Positions 30,108 through 40,207 of a DNA stretch of 64,000 bases are shown piece by piece. The translations under genes and the position numbers were made by a program. The stretch covers positions 1 to 64,000 of IMG/VR virus record IMGVR_UViG_3300040806_003461. The stretch is one strand, 5' to 3'. The notes below the pieces were generated by a model, which saw only the letters and a list, made by a program, of their open reading frames with translations, had not been told where the DNA came from and searched no databases. How positions within the stretch are numbered: position 1 is the stretch's first letter; each line of letters starts with the position of its first letter. This stretch comes from a virus.

Positions 30108-32449
30108 TACGGCTCTGTAGTCATATCTACCGTCAATACCGTTACGTCCGCGGTGTAATCTTGACGGTCCGCTGTTAATCCACCGCCATCTCCGGGAACA
30201 ACTTGATTTGGACCAACAATTGGTGCACCACCAACTTCTGTATCCAATTTAATAATCTGATTAAACTTGTGAGAGATGCCTGCATCAACTGGTCCAAATG
30301 ACATCTTTCTTTTGAATAAACTGTCGCCAAATAATTTTGTACCTGCAAGGTGAACAGTTCTTTTAAGAGGTTCTTCGTAAACAGCTTTAGAAATTGTACC
30401 TTTAATTTCGTATGAATATTCTTGATAATAATCGCTATCTTGAATCTTCATATTAGAATCAAAGTATTCAAAATTACCGCTTTCTTCTTCTGTCCAATAT
30501 CCGTTTAGGTGTGAACTGTAACTTGCCCAGTAACCTGATGTGATACCTTGTGTATCAGCTTTTAAAGTAGCTCTTGCAACAATTAGACCATTATCATCGG
30601 TAAGATTTACAATCTCGCCATCCTGATACCCAAACCCTGACTCGTATACGTTTGCCGCTTTTATTCGGCCTGACGCAAAGATTGTTCTTGATTCTATTTC
30701 AGCAGATGTACCTAGTGTATCAGCGTCATAGTCTCGAGCAACATATTCAATTGCGTAGTCGCTTCCTTTATGATTAACTGGATTACCACGCTCAAACCCA
30801 TAATAATTATAAGGTCTTACTTTAATAAATGATTCGGAGGCACTAATATCAGTAATAATACCAGTTACAGTTGTGTTTGAATTAATGCCAGTATTCGCTT
30901 GAGATATTTCGTCGCCTCTTGACATTGCTGCTGAAACATCTTCAAGAACAATAACCTGTTCATATCTATCAAACGCTGACATCTGATCGTCACGGGCAAT
31001 TGTCCAAACATCGGTAACGTAATTTTCACCTGGGTTAACATTAACTAATGTTTCAATTGAACCAATATCAAAAGGAGATAAGTTAAATGCTTCATCGAGT
31101 GGAGTTGCTAGCGTAATTGGATTGGTATTACCCGAGTTAGACATTGGCTTTAATGCAGGCGGAACGTCATTATAATTTGAAGAGTCAATATCCACCGCAA
31201 GAAAATCACTGATCTTATCAGTAATCAAAGATACCGCTTGAATGTTAGTAATTGTTACCTTAACATCATTATTTGCGCCTGTGTCTGGATACAAAGGACC
31301 AGGTGACGAATCATTCTTTTCTGTGATTGACGTAATAGGACCAGTGTTTCCTACCGCACCTGCTAATCCAACTCTTGGTCTTCCTGGTCGGTCAAGAGCA
31401 TATAATTGTGGCAAAGGATCAGTAGTAAATTCGTGAGATGTATTAGCAAAGTGAATACCGACCGCGAATGCAGACTGACCTGTTACAATACCAATATTAG
31501 TATTTCCTGTATCGGCGATGCGTTCTTCTAAAACAAAATCGAGGTCAGGGTTTGAAAGCAAAAGGTTTTGACTTGAAGCTTTTAGACGAGTTTCTTCAAC
31601 GGTATAACCGAAGCCAGGATCCTTGATCGTATAAACAACTTGACCTGTAAACTCATCTTCAAGATCGGTAACAATTGCCTTACCGCCTTCGCCTTTACCA
31701 ACAATGTTTAAAATTTCGCCAATTTTTCTTTCGGTCTCACCGCCATATCCTAAGTCAATTGTAAGTGCAGCTGCAGAACCATCAACGCGACCAAACGCAA
31801 CTTCATTTCCTCGAATAGTTGTTTGTAAATCGTCATACTTAATAAAGTCACCTTTAACGTTTGAAATATAAACGATAGGTGTTAATGTACCATTTAATAA
31901 AACGAAATTGATTTTATCAACAGCGGCACGAGCTTCAGAAATACTACCACGGATGTTTTTACCAATTAGGTCCGCATACGTAAACTTATTATCGTCAATA
32001 TCATAAAATACATTATCATTTGGAAATAGTTGTAAATAAACGCCTTTACGCCAATCGGAATCGGAAGGCTTAAACATTTGTGATGCAGGATATCTAATTT
32101 CAACATCTTCTTTATAGAACATACGGAAGAATAAAAGAATACCACCAGGTGTACCTTTACGGCGGTATAGATCCATAATGTTTTTAACAACAAAACGAAC
32201 ATCAGATTCTTCCAATAAAGGCAGTTCAGCCATAAACATTTTATGGAATTGTAAGATAAGCTCAGAAAGAGTTGTAGATACGTCTCGATACTCGAATAAT
32301 CTTCGAGAATTATAATGCGACATATTTGTTTCTTCTTCAAGGAATCTATAATATTCCTCTACAAAATCAACGAGTTCCTGCCCATACTCTCGATAGAGTC
32401 CAGGAAATTGGTCTCGGATTTTGAATGCTATGAGCTTTTCTACTTGCAT
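30107..32449 (-). CDS. gp7: Baseplate wedge initiator gp7-like
   Basis: N-terminal FVEEYYRFLE and DLYRRKGT motifs; C-terminal IQDSDYYQEYSYEI...VHLAGTKLFG; follows gp6. Confidence 0.7.
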   Translation of the reverse strand: MQVEKLIAFKIRDQFPGLYREYGQELVDFVEEYYRFLEEETNMSHYNSRRLFEYRDVSTTLSELILQFHKMFMAELPLLEESDVRFVVKNIMDLYRRKGTPGGILLFFRMFYKEDVEIRYPASQMFKPSDSDWRKGVYLQLFPNDNVFYDIDDNKFTYADLIGKNIRGSISEARAAVDKINFVLLNGTLTPIVYISNVKGDFIKYDDLQTTIRGNEVAFGRVDGSAAALTIDLGYGGETERKIGEILNIVGKGEGGKAIVTDLEDEFTGQVVYTIKDPGFGYTVEETRLKASSQNLLLSNPDLDFVLEERIADTGNTNIGIVTGQSAFAVGIHFANTSHEFTTDPLPQLYALDRPGRPRVGLAGAVGNTGPITSITEKNDSSPGPLYPDTGANNDVKVTITNIQAVSLITDKISDFLAVDIDSSNYNDVPPALKPMSNSGNTNPITLATPLDEAFNLSPFDIGSIETLVNVNPGENYVTDVWTIARDDQMSAFDRYEQVIVLEDVSAAMSRGDEISQANTGINSNTTVTGIITDISASESFIKVRPYNYYGFERGNPVNHKGSDYAIEYVARDYDADTLGTSAEIESRTIFASGRIKAANVYESGFGYQDGEIVNLTDDNGLIVARATLKADTQGITSGYWASYSSHLNGYWTEEESGNFEYFDSNMKIQDSDYYQEYSYEIKGTISKAVYEEPLKRTVHLAGTKLFGDSLFKRKMSFGPVDAGISHKFNQIIKLDTEVGGAPIVGPNQVVPGDGGGLTADRQDYTADVTVLTVDMTTEP

Positions 32450-34245
32450 TACTTGATCTCAATCATTTTAACAGTTACATCGTCGTCGCGGACATAAAAG
32501 ATACGGCCTTTAGGCGCTCTAATATCGTCAGCACTTGTTCTTGCAATAATTTTAATTTCAGAACCTTCATAAGAATCTACAATAAAGTCAGTTAATTTAA
32601 CTTCGCCTGTTTCGTAATTTACTGTACCAACTTTTGGTTTAACAATCTGTGGGTTTGCCTGGTTACTTGTAACTGACATAAGATTGCCTAAGCCGTCATC
32701 TTGTAAAAAGATTTCTTGTGCGTTACTTGTAAATGTACCAGATTTAATTGCTGGTTTATATCCTTCAAAACCATTTGCAGATCTAAATGGATATGGCTTA
32801 GCAAGTTTTGCTCCAAACTTAAATGTTGGGTTTAGTTTAATACCCGATGCTGGCGAGTATGGAATATATGGGAATGCACAAACACTGTTTGAAAGAATCG
32901 CAACATCCTTTATATCAATTGCCGACGCAATGTTTGAAACTCGAAGTGTTTTATTAAAATCATCAAGATTATCAACCGAATATTTCTGAATAACTTGTCT
33001 AATAATTGATTCTAATTGAGCAGGGCTTTTTGTAGATTGTGCTGCACTATAATAAGCATCAACTTCAATATTTGCATATAAGAACTCAGATTCAATAAAG
33101 ATCGGTTCAACAGCAAGTGGAGATTTCTCTCTTAAATAATCAATGTATGATGCTGCAAGCGACGCCGATAAAATTTCTGTTTCTTGTCCAAGATAAACCG
33201 AAATCGCAACCTTACCAAATTGTGGCGGATCTAATTCATCACCACCGTATGCTGACACTGAAAGAATTTCAGGAAACTTTTGTTTTAAAAGATTTTCATA
33301 ATCTGTTTCTGTAACTGCACGTTCTTGAATTTGTAATGCTCTTGGCGCGTTGAAGCGAATGCTTTCAACCGATTCCTCGTCAGCACCACCTGTTGCTCGT
33401 GCGATTGTTGTAACCGTTGTCGTCCCTGTTGTTGTAAGAGAAATACTAAACTTATTAATGCCGTTTGCTTCTGCGCCTGATGTAATGCGATACTTAACTC
33501 GAACGTCTTCAATCTCGGTTGGCTGCAATCCAAAAATGTTTTTACCAAAATAAACAGTATAACGACCATCGTAATATGGTTCAACATAAAATACTTTATC
33601 GGTTGGACCAACACCAAAGATTGTGTCTTTACGAACAAATACGTTTCTATCTTCGGTCGCTTCTGCATCAACAAAACATTCAATAGAATCAGTATCAGCA
33701 TTTTCGTTTGTTAAAATAACACGAAGAATACCGTCATCGTCAACAAAGAATCCTTCACGTTCAAAACTTGTTAGCATTTGGCCTTCATATAACGTAATGT
33801 TTTCGGATTCAAATGTACCTACGCCTGTCTTACGAAGAACGTGAGCTTTATTTGTAACAAAGGTAAAGTTCTGACCTTGAAAAGATGCGGCAAACTCTGC
33901 GTACTGAGGAATTGTAATTGTTTGACCACTAGTGATTGACGTATCTACAACTTTTACTTTAACAATTGCACGGGCAGAACGACGAGAACGAGGGAGATAA
34001 TTTAATTCTTTTGCGTGCGAAATAACACTATTACGTAAGAGTGCAGAATCAATAAACATTTCGTTTATTGCCATATTTGTATAGAAGTTATTTTGGAACG
34101 TGTTATAAGATAGCACATCTAACAGCACATTCATGTTTGAACCTTCAAAGTCGTAGTCTTTGAATTTTGTTTGGGTTTTCATATAGTTTTTGAGCTGATT
34201 CTTTATCGTCTCAAAATCTAATTCAGTAATAGCCAGCTTAGCCAT
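32449..34245 (-). CDS. gp6: Baseplate wedge subunit gp6
   Basis: LDFETIKNQLK...FKDYDFEGSNMNVLLDVLSYNT, QERAVTETDY, GTVNYETG. Confidence 0.92.
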   Translation of the reverse strand: MAKLAITELDFETIKNQLKNYMKTQTKFKDYDFEGSNMNVLLDVLSYNTFQNNFYTNMAINEMFIDSALLRNSVISHAKELNYLPRSRRSARAIVKVKVVDTSITSGQTITIPQYAEFAASFQGQNFTFVTNKAHVLRKTGVGTFESENITLYEGQMLTSFEREGFFVDDDGILRVILTNENADTDSIECFVDAEATEDRNVFVRKDTIFGVGPTDKVFYVEPYYDGRYTVYFGKNIFGLQPTEIEDVRVKYRITSGAEANGINKFSISLTTTGTTTVTTIARATGGADEESVESIRFNAPRALQIQERAVTETDYENLLKQKFPEILSVSAYGGDELDPPQFGKVAISVYLGQETEILSASLAASYIDYLREKSPLAVEPIFIESEFLYANIEVDAYYSAAQSTKSPAQLESIIRQVIQKYSVDNLDDFNKTLRVSNIASAIDIKDVAILSNSVCAFPYIPYSPASGIKLNPTFKFGAKLAKPYPFRSANGFEGYKPAIKSGTFTSNAQEIFLQDDGLGNLMSVTSNQANPQIVKPKVGTVNYETGEVKLTDFIVDSYEGSEIKIIARTSADDIRAPKGRIFYVRDDDVTVKMIEIK

Positions 34246-34662
34246 TTATCTCGTCCTCTCTAAGAATACGTCTAATTCTACCGGTTGCTCTTGGTTCTTA
34301 ACAAAAAACTTTACAGTAACTTTGATCGCGTTATCATTTAAGTTACCATTTACAATTACGTCTATAATTTCAGCACGCGGCTCGTATATTTCTATTGTTG
34401 TTCTTATTTGCTCTTCAATTAATTTTAAACCGGCAGGAGTCATATTTTCAAATAATGCTGCGCGAATATTACCGCCAAGGTTTGGTTGCATTAATCTTTC
34501 GCCACGATCGGTTAAGACAAGATTCTTTAATGATTCTTTAACGGCATCTTCATTTTTAAATAACGCCAAATCATTTGATAAAGGACTTACGCTTAAATCC
34601 TTTTTAAAATCTGAATAGATTTCAATCTTTTTAGTTTTGGCTGTGACTAATGAAACTGTCAT
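34246..34662 (-). CDS. gp25: Baseplate wedge subunit gp25
   Basis: AVKESLKNLVLTDRGERLMQPNLG...YEPR. Confidence 0.9.
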   Translation of the reverse strand: MTVSLVTAKTKKIEIYSDFKKDLSVSPLSNDLALFKNEDAVKESLKNLVLTDRGERLMQPNLGGNIRAALFENMTPAGLKLIEEQIRTTIEIYEPRAEIIDVIVNGNLNDNAIKVTVKFFVKNQEQPVELDVFLERTR

Positions 34663-36374
34663 CTATTACGTCTCCAACTTTCGTATGTGCTGCGAGTTGA
34701 TCGTGGCCAAGTTACAAACACGCCTTTTGGTCTTTTGCTTTCATATCCTGCAATAATGCCACCTATGTCAACGTGAACAAATCCTTTATTAGGATAAAAT
34801 CCTGCGGCGTGCCAACCTGCTTCTCTCGCCATTTCCACAAATTCAAATTGTCGCTGTAAACTACCAGAACCGCTAAATGTTACGTCAAACGCAACACCTT
34901 TCATATGTAATGATTTTGATTTGCCCCCAACGCTTTTGTTATATTTTGGGCTACGATAGGCACTAATGATTGTTAACGTGGATCCCCACGATTCTGCCAA
35001 TCTCATTAATTTAACTTTTGCCTGCATAGGTACGTACCGATCTGACCAAGCATCTCTGCCCATTTTTGTTGCAATGTTTGAACCAGGATTGATATAAAGG
35101 TTATTTACTGGCCCAGCTAATAATTGTTCCCACGTAGGTATACCATCAATTTCTTGATTTGTCAATGGCTCAGTTTCAATAACTGTTGGCGGACCACCGT
35201 TATTATCTGATTCAGTTGACGAATCGCGCGAAGCTTGCCTACAACGCTCCGCCATATTATTTATCCCTTCTTTACGGGCTTCATCCGAAACACGATTTGC
35301 ACCAGCTTTAACAGCTTCTGCCGTTGCTTGTGCCGATGCCTTTTTTGTTTGTTCCGCAGAATCTTTAAAGTTATCCATGATTTGCTGAAGGCGTTCTTTA
35401 ACTCCGTCAATTAGACCTTCAACACTAACTGCAAATCCACACATACGATATACTAAAAGTTCAACAGCTTTAAGCGATGGGTTGGCAAAACGCTCAACCG
35501 CATAGTCAATTAATCCTTCTACCTTTTTCAAAAAAGTATCTCGATTTTCATCGTTAAGAATTTCTTTAACTCTATCAATTTCAGCTCTGATCTTTTGTCT
35601 AACCGAATCACTAATTTCTTTTACTCGGGTTTCAAGATCGGAAATCAAAGTATCAAGTGAAAAGTTTTCAACCGCGTCAACAACCGTGCGCCATTTTTCT
35701 TTAATAGCGTCAACAATCTTTTTCTTAATTGCTTCAATCAATGCCTTAACTTTAATCTTTTCAAATGCCGCCTTTGCGAGATCTTTTAGATTTTTTAATT
35801 TATTAATTGCCGCTAACGCCGAACTAATCAGATCGCCGATTTTACCTATCATATCAAACAACGCCATAGCAACGCCATAAATGCTTCCTATTGCGCCACA
35901 AAAGCCACCCATAATACTATCAATCCAACTACCGTTGTAAAAATCATTTAGGTTTCGTAATAATTTTTGACGGTCAGAATTTTGTGCTTGTCCAATTGAT
36001 GTTGGATTATACAAATAATCTTCCATGAATTGCGCGCACTCAATACCTGTAATTGGTTTACCTAATAATAAACGGTCATTTAATTTTGGATAAGATTCCG
36101 TAAATTGACCACGAAGAAAGGTATTTAAATTATTAGTCAAATCGTTTACAACTGTATTCCCATATCTTCTTATAAGAACTTCATACGAATTAGTGTCTAA
36201 ATTTTCAACAAGACTTGCTGCGTATTGTTCCTCCAAAAATGGAATAGAATCAATTGTAAAACTACCGTTCTGATCTGTGAGGACCAATTGCGATGCCGCA
36301 GAAACAGTAGTAATATTTCTTTCAATATTTGAACTGTTATCAATATCGCATGGATTGCATTCGTTCTTACTCAA
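34659..36374 (-). CDS. Virion-associated protein with C-terminal peptidase M15A (Zn peptidoglycan peptidase) domain
   Basis: ISAYRSPKYN..VGG..KSLHMKGVAFDV...GFVHVD zinc-ligand pattern; helical N-terminal region. Confidence 0.8.
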   Translation of the reverse strand: MSKNECNPCDIDNSSNIERNITTVSAASQLVLTDQNGSFTIDSIPFLEEQYAASLVENLDTNSYEVLIRRYGNTVVNDLTNNLNTFLRGQFTESYPKLNDRLLLGKPITGIECAQFMEDYLYNPTSIGQAQNSDRQKLLRNLNDFYNGSWIDSIMGGFCGAIGSIYGVAMALFDMIGKIGDLISSALAAINKLKNLKDLAKAAFEKIKVKALIEAIKKKIVDAIKEKWRTVVDAVENFSLDTLISDLETRVKEISDSVRQKIRAEIDRVKEILNDENRDTFLKKVEGLIDYAVERFANPSLKAVELLVYRMCGFAVSVEGLIDGVKERLQQIMDNFKDSAEQTKKASAQATAEAVKAGANRVSDEARKEGINNMAERCRQASRDSSTESDNNGGPPTVIETEPLTNQEIDGIPTWEQLLAGPVNNLYINPGSNIATKMGRDAWSDRYVPMQAKVKLMRLAESWGSTLTIISAYRSPKYNKSVGGKSKSLHMKGVAFDVTFSGSGSLQRQFEFVEMAREAGWHAAGFYPNKGFVHVDIGGIIAGYESKRPKGVFVTWPRSTRSTYESWRRNR

Positions 36375-38041
36375 AATCCAGTACCTCCTTCATTTAAGCG
36401 TTGTGCAACTTTTTCCGCGCCTTCTTCATCACGATATAAAGTATTAACACCAGATTCAGGCTGAGCCCTTATTCCTGTATTTCTATCAATAATCATCCAA
36501 TATTTTTCGCCTGTTGAAAATGCTCCTTCACTCACATAATATTGAAGTTCTGTTTCAGGCGGTGCATCATCACTATGGTCAATTGCTCCTATACCATCTT
36601 CATATAATGGAGGGCGATCCGGGAAATTAGGAGGCGTTGAATATGCGACAGGTTCTGGTAATTGAGGTATACCTCTTTCCTGATCTACGCCAGGTTGGAA
36701 TAAAGCCGTTGGAATATAAATGGCAGGCGCCGCACTGAATGCTCCTGAAGGTGAGATTGCTAATCCATTTGCCATGCTTACAAAATCATCAATATTTACA
36801 GCATTACCTCTGATGTTTGTTTGAACACCACCGCCAACTCTTGTAATTGCGCCTTTAATGTTTACATCCGCGGTTCCTTCAACACGTGTTGTTGCGCCAC
36901 TAACGTCCATTGTAGCAGTACCTGAAATTCGAGTTGATGGACTACTTAAATCAAGTGTTACACCAGAATCAATATTAGTAAATCCTGCGGATTTCATATG
37001 TAAGCCTAAGAGTGTTTTGATATAACCTGTACCGCCATCAACAGCCCAGTTAATAGCAGCCTTATCCCAAATCATATCAGATTTTCTCGACATGGTATCT
37101 TTTGATTCCATAATCATATTTTCTTCGGCCATCATACTTAAGTCGTTTGCGTTTGCATGAATCTTTACTGATGCCGCTCTAATATTTGCAGTCGTTGCTG
37201 CATTAATACTTGATTCTCCACCAACCGACATGATGTGATCGCCGTGGACCAAATGAGTTAGGTTACCCATAATCTCTTCGGTTTTATTTCCTTCAACCTT
37301 TACGTAAGCATTTCCTTTGATAACAACATTAGATGTTCCGCCAACATATACATATTGATTCTCATCGTTTATTTCAAACTTATCGTGAATTGATTTATGT
37401 TTCGTTGTTCCGCGCTCACCCATTTCAACATAAGACCCTGAACGGTGGTGAATAGTAATACGTTCAGCCCCATCAGAATCGTCAATCTCAATACGATGCT
37501 TTGCCGTTTCAATTGTTCGGTTAAATGGATACTGTGGGCGTGCATACGGTCCTGGCTCGCTCCAAGTATCTGTACCTGCAGCACCTTGAACATCTCGAAC
37601 TCTTAATTGATCCATTTCGCCAACAAACGTTTCATCTAAATATTCACCGCGGTGTGTTTTACTGTTACGCGGTTGTCCAAACTCATTAGGACCCATTTGA
37701 TTTTCGCAACTGCTTGTTGGATATGCGCCATAACCGTCTTTTTCAGGTTCAGGAACTTTTGTTGTGTTTGTAGGAATTAATCCAAGTACCATTGGAGTTT
37801 GTGCTTCACGCCCATCAAGAAATACTCCAAATACCCAATCGTTTAAATGTAAATGGAAATTTGGATCATAATTACCCCAACACACAATAGCCCAAGGAAG
37901 ACTTTCTGTTGGAATCTGATCTATCGTACCATGAATATTAAACGCACGTACTTTTACTCGTCCTTCTTTGCGAGGATCTACAATTTCTTCAATCACACCA
38001 ATAAAGAATAATGGGTTAACTAATCCTGACCCTGTCATCAT
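36371..38041 (-). CDS. gp5: Baseplate hub/central spike gp5-like (no lysozyme domain seen)
   Basis: FIGVIEEIVDP..EGRVKVR OB-fold, YPFNRTIET, EIDDSDGAERITIHHRSGS, beta-helix repeats. Confidence 0.85.
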   Translation of the reverse strand: MMTGSGLVNPLFFIGVIEEIVDPRKEGRVKVRAFNIHGTIDQIPTESLPWAIVCWGNYDPNFHLHLNDWVFGVFLDGREAQTPMVLGLIPTNTTKVPEPEKDGYGAYPTSSCENQMGPNEFGQPRNSKTHRGEYLDETFVGEMDQLRVRDVQGAAGTDTWSEPGPYARPQYPFNRTIETAKHRIEIDDSDGAERITIHHRSGSYVEMGERGTTKHKSIHDKFEINDENQYVYVGGTSNVVIKGNAYVKVEGNKTEEIMGNLTHLVHGDHIMSVGGESSINAATTANIRAASVKIHANANDLSMMAEENMIMESKDTMSRKSDMIWDKAAINWAVDGGTGYIKTLLGLHMKSAGFTNIDSGVTLDLSSPSTRISGTATMDVSGATTRVEGTADVNIKGAITRVGGGVQTNIRGNAVNIDDFVSMANGLAISPSGAFSAAPAIYIPTALFQPGVDQERGIPQLPEPVAYSTPPNFPDRPPLYEDGIGAIDHSDDAPPETELQYYVSEGAFSTGEKYWMIIDRNTGIRAQPESGVNTLYRDEEGAEKVAQRLNEGGTGF

Positions 38042-39444
38042 TGTTGAACATCCTCTATATCTTGCTCTAAATCAGTACCACTCCAATTCAGTTTCTTAAT
38101 CTTTGCCGCCGTTGTTAATTGCCCATCAACAAACGCGTGAGTTGTATCAGTAACAACATAACGACCGTTTAATTGTGGATTTAATTCTCCACCTGATTGA
38201 GTGCTGCCCATTTGAATATTTAAGTCAATAATTTTTCCTGGTAAAATATCAGCACGTCCTTTTGTTTCAATACTTAGGATAACATCATTCAAATGGCGGT
38301 GATATGCAATGCGGTTTTGTGCAATTGTTGAAAAGAATGTTTCGCCTTTAATACTTCCTGGAATATCTCCAATACTTGCATAGTCTTTAAATAAAATCAT
38401 ATCTAAAGAATTTTCCGGTGTAAACGTATCTTTAATAAATTGTTCGCTATGCGGTGAGTTTTCAGGCTTAACAATTTCGCCATCTGAATCTATAAACTTA
38501 GTATCATTTAAATAATCGTAAGTTGAGGTTGTCATAACACCTTTTACCAAATCAAGCTCAACCACGCGATTGTAATATGCACCTGAATATAAATGGTCGG
38601 CGGTATTACTACCACGGCTAACAATAACCATTTTATCAATTCTTTTCAAAGCAAGCTCAGGATCGGTTCCTTGCTCGGTTTCAAGCGCATAGAATAAATT
38701 TAATTTATCGTCTTTGCTTTGTTTGAAAAAATATTCGTCAGTGACAAAAAAGAATCCATCTAAACGTTCAAAGAATCTAAAAGTTTGCGAAGGAGTATTT
38801 GAATTATAAGAGCGTGCTGCCATAAAATTCATTGCGGCAGTTGGTTCATAATTTGGTATGATGAAATCAACAACACCTTCAGTATCCTGAACAATAAATG
38901 ATTTGCCAGGATCATTAATTAAATCGTATTTTTTCGCATTATATGGAAGGCCTTCTGAATCGCCTTTGTTTGCCTTTCCAAAATAATCATTAAAGAAAAA
39001 CGCTGCACCTTCGGAGATCTTTCCTTGCCAAGGCGCGGTTATACGTCTTTTGCTTGCTTCCCACGAAGTATAAGATACGCAATGGAGAGTAAATGAGGTG
39101 CCTGTCATTTGACCTGTAAAAGCTACGTTTCCGATATTATAAACAAAAAGCTTTAGACTTATTGCTTCATCCGTATCTTTTATTTTTATATTAAGTTCAA
39201 GTGTTTCTTCTGCGCGAATAGGTAATGTTTCTAAAAGATTTGAGGTATCTGTAACTTTAATTTTAACCATATAACTAAAGTCAGTGACACTCTGAACAAT
39301 ATGAATAGCTGTAACTAAAGGCCCAATGTCAGTCTGTGGCGAATTTGAAGGAGTGTTACCTACATCACCATTTGGAGGCAGATACGGTTTAAGTATTGCA
39401 CTCTCAATAGTATATGATGGATTGGATTGATCTTCTTCGCTCAT
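38038..39444 (-). CDS. Baseplate hub protein (gp27-like position)
   Basis: Lies between gp53 and gp5; FRFFERLDGFFF and LNGRYVVTDTTHAF motifs. Confidence 0.55.
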   Translation of the reverse strand: MSEEDQSNPSYTIESAILKPYLPPNGDVGNTPSNSPQTDIGPLVTAIHIVQSVTDFSYMVKIKVTDTSNLLETLPIRAEETLELNIKIKDTDEAISLKLFVYNIGNVAFTGQMTGTSFTLHCVSYTSWEASKRRITAPWQGKISEGAAFFFNDYFGKANKGDSEGLPYNAKKYDLINDPGKSFIVQDTEGVVDFIIPNYEPTAAMNFMAARSYNSNTPSQTFRFFERLDGFFFVTDEYFFKQSKDDKLNLFYALETEQGTDPELALKRIDKMVIVSRGSNTADHLYSGAYYNRVVELDLVKGVMTTSTYDYLNDTKFIDSDGEIVKPENSPHSEQFIKDTFTPENSLDMILFKDYASIGDIPGSIKGETFFSTIAQNRIAYHRHLNDVILSIETKGRADILPGKIIDLNIQMGSTQSGGELNPQLNGRYVVTDTTHAFVDGQLTTAAKIKKLNWSGTDLEQDIEDVQQ

Positions 39445-39695
39445 CTACTTATCTTGCTTTTAAATTCTTTTACAACAAGTGGTAAGAACCTTTTATCAAT
39501 TAAAAAGATTTCTTTTTTGTTATCATTTTTTGCTTCTTCGTCTTCGTAAATACGCCAAGCTTTCCATTCATCAGGAATAATTCGTTTGATGATAATCTTT
39601 CGACCGGTTTCAGTACGCAAAATAACTCTATCTTCTGCACGAAGATAAATGGTACGGAATGATTCCGGTGCAAGTCTGATAATTTCAACAGCCAT
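39441..39695 (-). CDS. Small protein resembling the C-terminal part of gp53
   Basis: YEDEEAKNDNKKEIFLID..L...EF resembles gp53 C-termini; TAATG coupling to the upstream ORF. Confidence 0.55.
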   Translation of the reverse strand: MAVEIIRLAPESFRTIYLRAEDRVILRTETGRKIIIKRIIPDEWKAWRIYEDEEAKNDNKKEIFLIDKRFLPLVVKEFKSKISR

Positions 39696-40207
39696 TAGTA
39701 AATAATACCTCCGCCGGTTCCATCCTCACCTGCGTCGCTTGCAGTTTCTGTAACTTCTTTACTTAAATCAACTTCAACGTCTGAGTTTTCAGAATCGTCA
39801 ACAGAAATTACATTGTCTTCAAATACAGGGTCAATTTCTCTATAATAATAAATGATATTCTCATCAGATTCTTCACGAGTCCATTCAAGAATATCGTTTC
39901 CTTCTTTACCGCTTTCTTCACGGTACTTATCAATAAGATAGTTATTAAAATCTTCTGTCGCTTTTGGCCATTCGTGATAAGGATCCACGATGTTATTACT
40001 CAAATAAACAACCCAAGTATAATCAGTACTGCCATAATAGAAATTAGCAATATCCTCAGGACGTTCTCCTTCGTGGATTGTGTATGGCTGAAAGGCAAAT
40101 GGGTTTGTTGTTACGCTCTTAATAAAACTATTTCTTCGAGTAATATCTCGAACTTTATATCCGTCGTAGTCAACAATTGGAAAATTTTCAAAATATTTTG
40201 TAGCCAT
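39695..40207 (-). CDS. gp53: Baseplate wedge gp53 (N-terminal LysM-like part)
   Basis: YFENFP...YTIHEGERPEDIANFYYGSTDYTWVVYLSNNIVDPYHEWP. Confidence 0.85.
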   Translation of the reverse strand: MATKYFENFPIVDYDGYKVRDITRRNSFIKSVTTNPFAFQPYTIHEGERPEDIANFYYGSTDYTWVVYLSNNIVDPYHEWPKATEDFNNYLIDKYREESGKEGNDILEWTREESDENIIYYYREIDPVFEDNVISVDDSENSDVEVDLSKEVTETASDAGEDGTGGGIIY

